Notes under the pieces: model-generated | Seen by the model: the letters and a program-made list of their open reading frames with translations, nothing else | The model's database searches: none | What the model was told of the DNA's origin: nothing | Position numbers and translations under genes: made by a program | Source: Malacoraja senta | Taxonomy: Eukaryota | DNA length: 60,000 bases | Direction of reading: 5' to 3' | Assembly: GCA_038087875.1 (NCBI GenBank) | Contig: CM075987.1 | Location: 20,772,001 to 20,832,000 of the forward strand | Shown here: positions 39,627 to 53,553 of the stretch, one piece after another | Position numbering within the stretch: position 1 is the stretch's first letter | Layout of the letters: each line of letters starts with the position of its first letter

Positions 39627-39714
39627 TCACGGAAGGCTAGAGATGTCCCTCTTAGCAGGAGGTCTGGTAGGTTTGGAGTCATTTCCGTCACTTTTTCCTT
39701 CGAACATCATGATT
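39627..39714 (-). CDS. AIF1L: Allograft inflammatory factor 1-like, last coding exon only
   Basis: ttttcag acceptor; IMMFEGKSDGNDSKPTRPPAKRDISSLP* resembles human [28 protein letters not shown]; AIF1L is the upstream neighbour of NUP214 in human. Confidence 0.88.
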
Positions 39715-39909
39715 CTGAAAATAAATATTTAAACTCTAATTTTAAATCTTTAATTTGTGATAGGATCAAAAGACATTTTCAGTTGATACTCCTTCAATGG
39801 AACTGAATATATTAAAAATGTAAACATTATTTATGTTTATATTGTTCTTTTGCTCGAAATACCAGGTCATTTCACGGCACATTGGTCCAACACGGGAAAC
39901 AGGAGAGCT

Positions 39910-40245
39910 AAGATGGACACAAAATGCTAGTAATTCAGCGGGACAGGCAGCATCTCTGGAGAGAAGGAATGGGTGATGTTTTGGGTCGAGACCCTTCTTC
40001 AGACTGAGAGTCAGGGGAGAGGGAGATATAGAGATAAGGAAGTGTAAGGTGTGAAAACGAGACATCAAAGGAGATTATCAAGGAAAATATAGAATAGATC
40101 ACGGTTAGCGAGGGGAAGGTAACAACAAAGCAAACAGAGATAAAATGTAATCAGGGACAGTCAGACTGGTCGGAGAACTGGGAAGGGGGAGGGTTGAAGA
40201 GAGAGGGAAAGCAAGGGTTTGTTGGAGTTAGAGAAGTCAATATTT
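39910..40245 (-). mobile_element. Penelope-derived terminal fragment
   Basis: Reverse complement of the ctgaagaagggtctcgaccc..aaacatcacc unit plus adjoining Penelope 3' sequence. Confidence 0.7.
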
Positions 40246-41409
40246 AGTTTAGAGCTAGTTTGTGCACAGGAAGCTCACACAATGGCGATCTGATATCAAC
40301 CAGAGAATGATGATGATTGGATAAAAAACAAAAAACTTTGATTTTCTTCACAACTTTGCTAGGGGGATCTTTTGGGATTCTAAACTAAACTGAACAGATA
40401 AAATGTTTACGGTTGTGGGGTGGTACAACATTTAGGATCATTGATGCCAGTTGCTAATAAGTTAAAGGAAGAATTGAGGAGAGGCTTTCTTATCCAGAGT
40501 GTGGCAAGATTGTGGGAATACCACTGTGAACAGTTCAGGAAAATACCAATGATGCATTGAAGAGAAGTTAGGTAAGTATACACAAAGGAGAAAGGAGGAG
40601 AGCTGATAAAGAAAGGAGGTGGGAGAAAGCTTCCAGGAAGCAGAAGCGGCACCAGTATGTGACGATTCAGATTTCTGCAATCCGAGGAGAATGGAAGGGA
40701 TATGGTGCAAAGTACAACCTTGCAACTTGAGTGACACAGTTTACCACTGCCCCTCCTGGTGATAAGGTCTATTTACATAAAGTCTAAGTACATTTATCAA
40801 TGTACCTAATCAACAAACTGTTCAGTGATGAAATGTGAAAAAAATCCTTTTACTTCTAAGTGTCACTCTCATTTACAGGAGTGTCCTCATAAGTCATAAG
40901 TGATAGGAGCAGAATTAGGCCATTCGGCCCATCGAGTCTACTCTGCCATTCAATCATGGCTGATCTATCTCTCCCTCCTAACCTCATTCTCCTGCCTTTT
41001 CCCCATAACCTCTGACACCTGTAGATTAACTATCCTGGATAGACACAGCATAGTTAATTGTAAAACTGCACTGTGCCATCCCTCTCCACTGTCCTAGATT
41101 GTAGACTACTGAATCATCAAACATTATTCTTGCATTACATTATGCACTGAAATCAACCCACTCTACTATACATGGAACACTTGCCCACTTAATCTCACCA
41201 TGTTGTCCTTTGTGCCAAATCACACTATGCTGCTAGGTTGGCATTCTGCATTAATTTATGTCCCACAACTCTGGGATCTCACTGTGCACTAAATCTCACC
41301 TCTCAGTCTTGAGAATTTAATTGCCCTAAATCTAGTGATAACATTCCCCTAAAGCGGCTTTGAGCAACAGATCAGACCCCATACACCAGTAAACTCTAGT
41401 CTATCACTG

Positions 41410-41965
41410 AAAATAGAGACAAAATGCCGGAGTAACTCAGCGGAACAGGAAGCATCTCTGGGGAGAAGGAATGGGTGATGTTTCGGGTCGAGATTCTTCT
41501 TCAGACTGAGAGTCAGAGGACAGGGAGTCTAGAGATATGGAGGGGTAAGGTGCGAAAACACCAGATCAAAGCAGACGATGATAAGGAAAAGTAGAATGGT
41601 TCATTGTTAGCAGAATGGAAGGTGACAAGTAAACCATACACTCAGTAAAATTAATCAGAAGGACAGTGACATTAGTTGGAAAACTAGGGTGGAGGTGGGA
41701 TGGAGGGAGAGGGAAAGTAAAGGTTACTTAAAGTTAAAGAAGTCAATATTCATACCGCTGGGGTGTAAGCTGCCCAAGCGAAACATGTGGTGCTGTTCTT
41801 CCAATTTGCGTAGGTCCTCACTCTGACAGTGGAGATAGCCCAGGACAGAAAGGTCAGTGAGGGAATGGGAGGGGGAGTTAACAACCGGGATATCGCGTAG
41901 GCCGAGGCAGACTGAGCGGAGATGTTCAGCGATATGATCGCAGAGCCTGCGCTTGGTCTCGCCGG
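41410..41965 (-). mobile_element. Penelope-like 3' fragment
   Basis: GETKRR..AEHLRS...RKLEEQHH..RLGSLHPSGMNIDF-type remnant plus terminal unit. Confidence 0.75.
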
Positions 41966-42857
41966 TAGTCTATCACTCACTGGGATATTAGAGTATCGCT
42001 TGGGGCATCTGAACTTTCACACCTCCTCTAAAGCAAGGCACCCAATAAAGTGAAATTGAAATCCAGCCATGAAATGAGTCCTGTGAATGGCCTGAATGCC
42101 TGCACTTGCTCTCAATCAATACAGCCCCCACACTATGAATAAATTCACTAGAAGCATGCTGCATCACCCCACAATAACCCATTCATCCAACTCTGCTGCG
42201 TAGGAATTTCATTCCCATTTAAATACAGCAAATTCAGGCTTAAGGTAGGCAAATCAGAATGGAATAAGTGATATCACTAACAGGAAGCCAAAAATGGCAT
42301 GTTCTATTCAGCAACTACTATAGACTATTCTCATGCATTTTTATGTTCCAAATCTCAAGGACCATCCACTAATGCAACACAAATCTTAAAAGCTTTCCAC
42401 ATGCCTGGAGCTTGCTTGAATCCAGTAACAAATTGACGAGGAAGACAATTCTTCCATTTTACACTTACATAATGGAATTCTGTGCATTGTCTTTGGCCCC
42501 TAATTACAGAAGATGCAATCAAAGCACTGTGAAAAAAAATCTACGGCTATGATACCAGGACTGAAAATGTAAGGTTGAGAATGGTGATGAAGATGGGGGT
42601 GGCTGTGGATGAGGCCTTCAATCAGATGAAAATGTTCAGTGAAGCAGATGCAGAGAAGTAGCTTCCATTTCTACCTAGATCAACACTAATGAACACAAAT
42701 ATAAAGGTTGTCTCCAATAAATCCTTTGGGTATTGCCGGAGGAATTTCAATACCCAGAGTTGCCAAACATGTGGAATTTGCTACAAGGCAAACTGAATGC
42801 AAAAAGCATTGGCATATTTAAGATTTATTATATTAAGTGAAACAAAAAAGAAAACTG

Positions 42858-43085
42858 GGAGGAGCGGTGCACTGCCGGCAGCTCTACAGCCTTACAGCGC
42901 CAGAGACCCAGGTTCGATCCGGACCACGGGTGCTTGTCTGTACGGAGTTTGTACATTCTCCCGATGACCTGCTTGGGTTTTCTCCAAGATCTTTGGTTTC
43001 CTCCCACACTCCAAAGACATACAGGTTTGTAGGTTACTTGGCTTGGTAAAAATGTAAATTGTCCCTCGTGTGTGTTGGATAACGT
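42858..43085 (+). mobile_element. V-SINE truncated by the gap
   Basis: B-box ggttcgatcc and V-domain; same family as 23451-23745. Confidence 0.8.
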
Positions 43086-43285
43086 NNNNNNNNNNNNNNN
43101 NNNNNNNNNNNNNNNNNNNNNNNNNNNNNNNNNNNNNNNNNNNNNNNNNNNNNNNNNNNNNNNNNNNNNNNNNNNNNNNNNNNNNNNNNNNNNNNNNNNN
43201 NNNNNNNNNNNNNNNNNNNNNNNNNNNNNNNNNNNNNNNNNNNNNNNNNNNNNNNNNNNNNNNNNNNNNNNNNNNNNNNNNNNNN
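43086..43285. other. Assembly gap (200 N)
   Basis: Exactly 200 Ns, flanked by a truncated SINE and a Penelope-like fragment. Confidence 0.99.
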
Positions 43286-43289
43286 GACT

Positions 43290-44345
43290 CCAATCTGTTC
43301 ACCCAGTTTCTCAGGCTCTGTCATATCTGTATGATGACAAGATTTTCCACACATGAAATCGATGATGTTATCCTGCTTCCTTAATGTATCCATAGATGGT
43401 AGGGATCTCAATTGCATCTCCTCCATTTCTCACACGTCTGTTCTCTGCCACAGTCCTCCCACCCCGGAATATCTAACATTCCCTTTGTCCTTATCTTCCA
43501 CCCGTCTCCACATTCAATGTATCATCCTCTAATTTCTGTCAACAAGATTCCACCACCAGAAACATTTTCTCCTCCCAACATTCCAGAGGAACTGTTCCTT
43601 CCGTGACTACCAGACCTTGCTCTTTCATTTCCACAAATAATCACATTATCACACCACCTTCCCATGAAACTGCAGTTGATGTAACACTTACCCTTGTACC
43701 TCTTCCAGGGGACCAAATAGTTCTTCAGGCGAAACAATAGTTCATTTGCTCTTCTTCCAATTTAACCATCCATTCAATGCTCACAGTTTGGTGTCCTCGA
43801 TGATGGAGAAACCAAATATAGGCTGGATAACAGTTTTGCTGAACACATTTCTCCAGTTTACAAGGGACCCCCTCATCTTCTAGTTGCTTGTCAATTTAAT
43901 TCTCCATCCAACTCCCCAATACTTTTTCAATGAAGCCCAACAGAAGCCTAGGGATAGCACCTCATCTTCCATCTAGGCATGTTGCAGCCCATTTGACTCA
44001 ATATTACAGTTCAAAATTTCAGAGAGTCAGCCCAATTCATCCATGCTGACACATAACTAGCCCTTATCATTAAGAGTCTAGCACACGAGTTTGCGTTCTT
44101 TTTTTTTTTACCCTCATCAATCATTTCCCCCCATTAATGTAGCAACAAGACACCTGAGAATATTGTGACTGGACAATCTTGTCTCCACCTTTCAGGGACA
44201 TTCCCTTAGTTCTTTTCACTCCTCCTCCTCTCTGCAACTTGAAACACCTGTTTCTCACGTCTCTCAGTCTGATGAAGGGTCACTGACCTAAATACTATCT
44301 CTTTTTCTATCACCAGAGACCTGTTGAGCTTTTCCATTATTTTCT
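43290..44345 (+). mobile_element. Old Penelope-like fragment
   Basis: Degenerate similarity to 10220-10905; ends with a ctgatgaagggtc unit. Confidence 0.6.
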
Positions 44346-46849
44346 ATTTTTAATTATACTTGCTTGAATCCCAATGCCACCTTTGAGATTCAGAGATGGG
44401 GAAAAAAAGTTTCGCAGAACAGAATAGCGGAAAGATGTGTAATAAGCAGGATCGATCAAATGGTAGAAGGGATCATCATCTAAGGCAAAATTAGGTGGTA
44501 ATGGAGCAAGTAAGGACGTACAAGATGGGTTTGGATCAGGCTCAAGTGGTTATAACAAAATGGTGACAATTCCTTTCCCCCCCCCCCCCCCCATAGATGC
44601 TGCTTGGCCCACTGAGTTCCATCAATAGCTTGTTTTTTCCCCTCCAGTTTACAGCATCTGCAGTCTCCTGTATTTCCAAGTTACCCGCACCTGCTTCCTA
44701 AAAGATGGAGCAGTGGTATAATCTAAAATTGTTGAGTCACATGTACCTTAACCAGTAAATGTGACAATAAACTGACCTTGAAACCTTGAAATGCTCTGAA
44801 GAAAATGCGCAATTGAAGTACAAGTTGCTACGCCTTAAACGTTTAAGTTTAAAACAAAGCATATTCTTGTTCAGTAGCCCCTTGGGATTTAGGATTGACA
44901 TGTTTCTACTTCATTTTTGCAGGTTCCAAAGTGATTGGTGAGGTCAGTGTAAGAAATGACCGACACAGACGCAGCATAAAGTGGCCGGTGTACTTCTTCT
45001 ACTATTTCCGATGAATTTCTATGCTCTTGATTATCTGAACTTTGAGGTTCTCAATTAAATCCCAACTTTGAGCAGTGAGGTGCCAGGGATTCCCCGGCCA
45101 GTGGGATGTAACACTTTTTCAAGGAGGTTTTGAGCACATCCTTGAATCATTCCCATTTTTGCTCGGTAGTCTCTTTCTATGGCAGCCGCAGGACTCTGAA
45201 TGTCTGGAACAGGCCATTCTCTTCATCTCTACCATTGCTCTCTATCTCACAATACCCTTAATTTTAAACTTGAATTCAATCTTAAATTAAAAGACAACAT
45301 CTGATCATTTTATTTCTGCTGCTCAAGAGGTTGTGCACAAATATACAACAAAGAAATTCATTGTTCCCTTTCAGGACATATGGCAATAACACTCTGGACT
45401 CTAAACTACATTACATTTCACTGCACCTTATGCTGCATGTGACAAATACATTTGAAATTGCCCCATTTCCTATGTTAGTATAACGATTCAAATTCAAAAT
45501 ACTTTGTTGGTTAGAAAGTCCTTTTAGGACTAAGGGAGGTTTGGAAATCTGCTGCAGCAAAGCAAGACTTGGGATTTTATTTATCTTCACCCATAAATAA
45601 CATGCACTGTAAGTGCTTAAGAAAGGTTGTCCTGTTGAACAGAATGTAAATTAACAGATTCTTTAACAAATGTCAGAGAATGCATATCCTTCATGACATC
45701 TAATTTGCAGCAATCAACCACATTCTGCTAGAACGTGACTCACAGATGAAGTGGTGCAAATTGATATGAGTTTCACATCCTTATAATGCAAGAGGCAAGC
45801 TTGTAAAAGGTGTTGGACAGAACAGACAGTAACATTCTCAACCACCTTCAAACTAATTTAACACCACTGTCCAACAGCTTCTATCTTGGAATAGCATACT
45901 TCCTGATTCTGTGCCCACAAGATCTTGTTCCATCAGCTAGTTTCACATCAAGCTATTGGCCTTTACAGGCACTTGAACAGATTATATGGCTCTATTTTTG
46001 CAATAATGTCATTTTTAGTGCTTTTTTTGTGGGCTGTCTGTCCTTTTGCACTCATTCATATTGTGCCTTTTAATGTAGTAAAACATCCTAAAACATTTCA
46101 CAGGAGCATTGTCAAACAAAATTTGCCAGTCACATAAGGAAAGAAGTAATACATTTTTACTACTATCTATTGAAGTGATCTAAACCTTAGTCAAAAGATA
46201 AAAATAAAAAAAATAAAAATGGTGGAAATACTCAGCATCTGTGGGAATAGAAACAGTCAATGTTTCAGGTCAAATTCCTTTCATGAAAATTGAAAAGAAG
46301 ACAGAAGACACTTGCAAAGATGCAGGAATTGGGACAAGCTGTAAACAAGGTCTTCCGGTGAATGAGTGAACAGGGGCAGTTTGTTGAGAACTTAGACAAA
46401 AGAACCTGGACAAAAAATGTAGGAGTTGCTAAATGCAGAGCAAGAGGGTAAGTCAAGCAAGGCAGCCCAGGCATGCCCTCCACTCAAGAGTGGAAAACAA
46501 ACAGTGAGCCAACAATACACACGGATGACTGACAGACTGAGAACTCCAAGAAGTACCTTGAGGAATAGCACCTCACCTTTCATCACCTAGGCACGTCGCT
46601 GCCTTCTGGATTCAATATTGAGGTCTCCAACTTCATGCAAGTTGATTTTTCCTTTTCAGTTCTAATGAAGAGGTTCCAACCTGAAGCGTTAACTCTGTTT
46701 AACTTCCCACAGATACTGCCTGACCTACTAAGCATTATTTGTTTACATTTCCAGTATCTGCAGTTCTTTTCCCCCCAACTTTAATTTATGTTGCTGGTGT
46801 GTGGCAATTCAGATTGAAATGTTGAAAGATTCTGCTTGGAAAGAAGCCA

Positions 46850-47115
46850 TTCAGCCACCCGAGTCCCACACCGACCATCTATGTTATCCCACTCTCACAT
46901 CCAGTCTCAATACCCTCCGGGCAATCTTATAGAGGCAAATATACCTCCGAACCTACACACCTTTGGGATGTGGGATGTGGGAACCAGAGCACCCGGAAGA
47001 AACCCACACAGTCATAGTGAAAACATACAAACTCCACACGAGCCCTGGGGTCAGGATCAAACCTGGGTCTCTGGAGCTGAGGCAGCAGCTCTACCATCTA
47101 CACCACTATGCCGCC
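46850..47115 (-). mobile_element. V-SINE
   Basis: Reverse-complement V-domain (gtgggaaccagagcacccggaagaaacccac) and B-box. Confidence 0.75.
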
Positions 47116-47737
47116 CTTCTGAATTTAAAAGGAGCTTTACACCAGAGTATCCTAAATCGATTTTTTTACACTTAAACATAACTATGCATCCCTTCTTGGA
47201 ACTTTATTTACCACATCATTCTTAGAGATCTTGCATCCAAATTTGAAAACGCAACCTCTAATTAAATTCACATTCTTCCCGTTATTGAGGGCGCATTGCC
47301 GATACTCACATTTCTGAAGCTGAACATTGCAATATCTCCACAAAAGGTGTTGGGGGGAAAGTGATAATGGATGCAGTTTCATCAAAATATACATCTGAGA
47401 AAAAAAATGGAACATTGTGACTGTGAAAGACTTAAAAGAATAAAGGGTTAAATCTTCAGTAGCATCTTGGCAACAGAGTGAAGAATTAGGCCAACATTTA
47501 AATAATTTTATTTGACAAAATGCAGCATTGACATCATGTGATATTGATATTTCCTGAAGATAAAACTATTTTATCTTGTACTGCACAGTAACCAGTGATT
47601 TAAAATGGCTTGCGTTTTTATTCACTGTAAACCGTGGTATCTCTTGCCGTACTAAATTACATTTTCTATATGTATATTCTTATATTTAGAGTATATATTA
47701 TATTTACAAACAAAAACAATGTAAAGCTGCATTGAAT

Positions 47738-47774
47738 TCAGCCCCTCCATCCTCTGGTGAATGACTGATTGGAC
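47738..47774 (-). CDS. NUP214: NUP214 last coding exon
   Basis: tttctctgcttgcag acceptor; SNQSFTRGWRG* resembles human SVQGFGGWRS*; minus-strand AATAAA at 47617-47622 and 47507-47512. Confidence 0.85.
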
Positions 47775-49084
47775 CTGCAAGCAGAGAAACAGTATTGAGG
47801 CAGAATTAAACAAATTTGATCATAACATCAGACATCAATGAGAAGCTTAACAATGGACTCAAATTAGTTATTCATTCATGTGGCAGTGATATTTCAATGA
47901 ATTTATTAAAACAATTATTTCAAAACCCTGATTTTTTAATGTTTTAGATCACAAAAAACAGTTTTGAAACTCCCAAGCCTATTTCATGCTGTTTATTTCT
48001 TGTGAAACTTTCTTCAGTAATATGTAATAGCTCAGTTCGGAGTAAACTGGCTTCTGTTACATGGAAAGACGAAAGAAACTGCTGATGTTCTTCATGGAAC
48101 AGATGCAGCAAATGAGATTTTATAAAGGTGTTCAAAGTTGCAAGGATTTTTGGAGGACGGCAGGCGGAATGATAGCATCAACCATAGAGCAATCAAACAT
48201 AGTTCCCCTCAAAGAAATCAATATTAAGCCTGCCCAACATCTAGTCAATTAGTCTCTTGGGAGAGGCAAAGGATAATGAGGGTAATGGGGATGAGCTAGG
48301 AAGATTCATGTCCTTTTAAGAATAACACTCAAGAAATTCCAATTCAAGCATCCCAAAGTAATCAGTGGCAGTTTATGAAAATCAGCCAGTACATTTTTGT
48401 AATCAAATCCCTCTCCGGTGAAAACTCCAGAATGATATGCACCCACAGTACAGGAGTACTGCACTGTCATTAGTGTTAGCGAAAATGAGTTGGTCAGCGT
48501 GGACTTGGTGGGGCAAATGGCCCGCCTGGATGATATATCTCCCTATCTAGGGGTTTCCTAAATTTGGTGGATGGTAAATACTGTATAACATTGAAAGGGC
48601 ACACCAGAATTCCAGTAACTTCATGTACATATTGTTGTAAAACCGTAGCTTTGTGGAAGTACATAGTTCAATTTTAATATTAATTCCCTTTTATAAAGTT
48701 CACTCACTTCCAGAAAACATTGAACAAAGTTGGCAAAAACAAGCGATGGTGTTTTATTTCATTTGACAGTCACAATGTACTGCATTTGGTGATCCAATAA
48801 ATTGTGCCTCTCTTGGTTTACTCCTTAAATTCTTCACTGGATGGACAGTGGACCTGTGGTATTTATTAGTTGTAAGGAACTTAGCTGAAGAATTAGCTGT
48901 GATATTTCTACAACTTCCAAAATATGATAGCATTTCCTTCATTTTTGTCATATCCAAGACAAAGCAGGAAGCTGCAATTTAAAAAAAAATCCAGTTACAT
49001 TGATTAATTTTGAATGGAGTAGATTCCATTTTATAATGGAGGCGTTTAATAGAGGCCCTGACGACATCTTAGTTTAGAGTTTAG

Positions 49085-49370
49085 AGATGCAGCATGGAAA
49101 CAGGTCCCATGGATCAGAGTCCACGCCGACCATCGATTACCCATTCACACGAGCTCTGTTATCCCACTTTCTCATCCACTCCCTACACTGTGGGAAATTT
49201 ACAGGGACCATATAAGCTACAAACCTGCACGCCTTTGGGATGTAGGAGGAAATCCACGCAGTCACAGGGTGAACATTTAAACACCACACAGCCAGCACCC
49301 GAGGTCAGGATCAAACCAGGGTCGCTGTTGCTGTTGGGCACCAGCATCACCAACTGCGTCACCCCTGCTA
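49085..49370 (-). mobile_element. V-SINE
   Basis: Same family, reverse orientation. Confidence 0.7.
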
Positions 49371-52216
49371 AACACTGGTTGCTTTTGTCGTGCTGCAAAT
49401 ATTTCACGCTACTTTATACTATTTTTTATCTAGAAAGGCGTTTTTACCAAACCAAATGACCGATTTTCTCTCAATCTATCACACATCAGTTCTGACTGCA
49501 TGATACAATTGAAGCACTGTGCACCATGGAATGTGCAAAAGGTTTTCAAGAACTAAGTTTGAACTGATGTTATGGTTATATTTTCATTGAAGATTGAACT
49601 GGATGACACCCTATCCTCCAGAAAACCCCCCAAAGCTGAATGGACCCAAGAAGCCATTTTGTATCAAAAGTAGCTTGACAATATAGTTGAAGACTATGTT
49701 TTCACAAAGGGAATTCGAAACTAGTATGGAGTGAACAAAGAAAATCCAATAATTCAGGATTCTCCTGGAATGATTAGAATGAGGCCATGTGTGAAAGTGA
49801 AATAAATGTATAAGACAGAAAGGAATTGAGTATGTTGATGAAGTATATAAGAAACCAACACTGAAGAGTATAAAAACCACCTTTGCCTGGTTGAGCTAAA
49901 TAAACTGCTTCTATGCTAGACACCATGTGGTGTTATATTATCTTGAATGGAGATACGCAGTATTTAAACCTAGACTTTCGAGTCAGTGCTGATTATGCAT
50001 ACATTATATTCTGACGATGATCTATTGGGATGATACAAAGTAAGTCTTATGAGACAATGCAGAGGAAGAGCAACATCCACACAAATCGATTATTATTTGA
50101 CATACATAATGAGCTATATAATTTAATTAATTTATGCATATCTTTTGATTTGCTGCCAAGATCTCCCTGTGAGGGCATCATCAGTTATTTTATATTCTTT
50201 GGTATCAGGGCATCTTCATAGTCAGCACTTATTGCCCTCTCCCAATTCCCTTGGTAAAATGATGATAAGCCTTTAACTGCTGCAGTCTTTCAGGTGAAGA
50301 TATTCCCATGGTCCTGTTGGGCAGGGAGTTCCCAGCCATGATGAAGGATCCAAGTCTGGATGACGCAGACTTGGAGAATGTGTGCATGATGATGTTCCCA
50401 TGCACCTGTGGCCTTCAGCCTCTGGATGGCAGAAGTCATTAAGCTGCAAGTTGTTTTTGAAGTGTAATGCCTTTCATAAATGATACACACTGCAACCACA
50501 CTACATAATTTGTGAAGGAGGTTATTAAAGGGTGCCAATCAATCAGGCAACTGAATGGGAGTGAGCTTCTTGAGAGTTGTTGACATTCATTCATGAAGGC
50601 AATTGGAGACTATTCCATCGCACTTCAGCCTTGTAAATTGTGGAAGGACTTTAAATGTGAGGAGGTGAGTTACTTGTTACAGGATACCCAGCATCTGACC
50701 AGTTGTACCAAAATACATTATAGAGTTAACCATGTTTTTCAGAATCAGGCCCTTTGGTCTAACTAGGGCACATGAGACCATAGATGTTAGAATCAATCTC
50801 TCCTCAACTCTAGGTGGCTCACACTTAACTCATTCCCCTTTAAAGCGGCTACTTCCCCTCAACTCTAAGTCCAGATGAAGGGTCTTGATCTTCAACGTCA
50901 ACTGTCCATTTCCCTCTAGAGATGGTGCCTGACCCACTGTTTCTCCAGATGCTCTCCTTTTTATGGGTATGAGCATTCTCCAACCTCATATCATCCTCCA
51001 ACACAATAAATAAGATGAATCCCAGAGGAAAGGTTAATGGGAAGAATAAAGTCACCAGCTGCAATATAGCAGAATTACTGAACTTATCAGTATCATGGTA
51101 ACATAACAATATTGATTTTACCAAAATGCAAAGATAAATATTTGAATTATAAATCTCAGCACTGAGTTATGAAAGGGCGAAAGTAATTGCTTGATTTGCA
51201 TTACAATACACACATCTTAGTTCTGTGTACTGGTTCAACACGGCTAGATCTGATTACTTGGTTTAGGTAAAACACACCAGTGTGCATCAAGCCAAAGGGA
51301 ATTGATCCCATTGTATAAGGCATTGTATTAACTACTATACAAAGCAGATGGCCCATGGCACGTTCACATTGTGAGAGTAAGTCATTGGAACCAAGTTATA
51401 AAAAGAATTACAGCTTTAAAAATTGAGTGCAATAAAATATAGTTCCAAAGACTGTTATAATAATGTAATTAAAATATTGGTGGGAATTCCTTGCCACTTG
51501 CACCAAAACTGGTAAAGCAATTTTAATATCAATTTTAAATCGACTTTGGATATTTTACTTCACACCCACTGCTTCAGTGGAAGCTACCAACTTTTAATCA
51601 ATTTGGTAGCACTTGGTTAATGGATTAAATCACAAGATCCAAGTAGCTGCTGCTGTTTCAAAGAAATACCTGCCATCTCAAACAAAGCACAATTACTTGG
51701 ACAAAGGGCAGCAGAGTTCTGCTGTGAAAAAATCTGCTATTCAAACAGACAAGAGAAAAATCATACTCAATTCTAAAAAATAACCATACAGTCAAAATGG
51801 ACATTAACAATAGATACATCCAATCAAAACTTTGAAAGAAAATGTACTCAGTTGTTTATTTATTCCTATGTTAACACCCTGGAGATTTAAATACAAGAAA
51901 ATGATATTAATTATATTAAGTGTTTAGCCTTCCATCCGTTCATAGTTTGTATAATAAAGTAGGTTCCTCAGCTGATTAATTCTTTATTGCATTTGTTACA
52001 ACGAAACAATCCTCTTACATCAGAATCACAGCAAATAACAGATACACAGCTCATCAAAAACAAGTCAAAGCATCTGTAATGTAAAACTGGGCAAAATGTC
52101 TTTTAGCCCGTAAAGGCTTGGTCATATTTTGTTTTGTAGGTCCAGCTTGTTCATATGTTAAATCGACTCCAGGTTCTGGTATCAGTTAGAAATGAACTTT
52201 CAGCCTCATTACTTAC

Positions 52217-52247
52217 TGATTTGTGGATCCAAAACCACTTCCAAACC
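52217..52247 (-). CDS. NUP214: NUP214 penultimate micro-exon (31 nt)
   Basis: ttttcag/gtaagt; (G)FGSGFGSTN(Q); phase 1 to 2 fits both neighbours. Confidence 0.85.
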
Positions 52248-53553
52248 CTGAAAAGTAATGAAACATATGAGAAATTAGTCTGGTCTTGAACATTTTTATC
52301 CAAACAATCACTCAGATGTAAAAGGAAGAAAAGCTTGTATTTTGAGAGCACTTTTCTCAATCTTTAGATATCCAGAAAAGTTTTACGTCAACAATATCAT
52401 TGCAGGAAAATGCAACAGCCACCAGTCACATATGCTCGCACAAGCAATCAATAGTCAAATAAATAATTTGTTATTATCCAATGTTCATTAATCGTAGTGA
52501 GCGTAATTATGCACAAATCGAGAAAGCAGCCCTTGGTATCAACTTTGGAATCAAGAAGTTCCATCAGTATCTGTTGGGTAGGAAATTCGCCCTGGTTTCT
52601 GATCACAAGCCACTTCTCGCTATTCTTGGTCAGCAATACCTACAATGGCAGCCTCGAGGATGCAGCGTTGTGCAGTTCTCCTGTCACAGTATGACTACAG
52701 CATGAGTACCGCAGCTCAAAAGAAAATGCTATCGCTGATGCATTGTCGCGTTTGCCTCATGAAGAATCAGATGTGGGCACTGAAGGTGCTATCTACGTCA
52801 CAGAAGCAGTGGACAATGACTTTCCAGTCACAGCAGCTGCAATTGCTGCTGAAACTCAAAAGGACACAGTGCAAAAACAAGTATATGAACAAACTTTGTG
52901 TGGAAGGTCAGAAATAAAACCATGTACTAATGAACTAAAATGTTATCACAATAGACGACATGAACTGTCATGTGAGAAAGGGTGTATTAAATGGGGTCAC
53001 AGAGTAGTTGTGCCCAATTGTTTAAGACAAAGATTACTTAAAGAACTCCATAGTGAACACACAGGTGTTGTGGGAATGAAGTCAACAGCCAGAGGTTGCA
53101 TGTATTGGTCAGGATTGGACAATGACGTGGAAGCAATGGCAAGCAAATGTAGCACCTGTCAGTTGTGGAAGTAGGCCTGCCCAAACCACTTTGCAAACAT
53201 GGTCCTGGCCTACCAGACCTTTTCAGAGGGTTCATGTGGATTTTTGTGAACACAGGAATAATAATGTTCTTGTTTTAGCAGATAGCCACTCAAAGTGGAT
53301 TGAGGTGGTACGTATGGGTGCAAACACAACAGAAAGAACAATAGACGCATTGAGGCCTATCTTTGCGTGTCATGGATTACCTGAACAGCTTGTCTCTGAC
53401 AACGACCCCCAATTTTGTGCTGCACTGTTCCAAACTTTCATGAAGCTAAATGGTATCAAGCATACCTTAGTGCCAACTTACCATCCGGCATCTAACGGCA
53501 CAACCGACAGGTCAGTCAGGATAGTCAAAGCAGCTCTCAAGACACAACCTCTT

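Noticed and set aside
42892..43426. ORFs spanning X runs
   Set aside because: Artefacts of the N gap
49611..49680. ORF end ...NGFLGPFSFGGFSGG* as the NUP214 last exon
   Set aside because: FG-like by chance; 47738-47774 has a stronger acceptor, the right phase and the conserved GWR C-terminus
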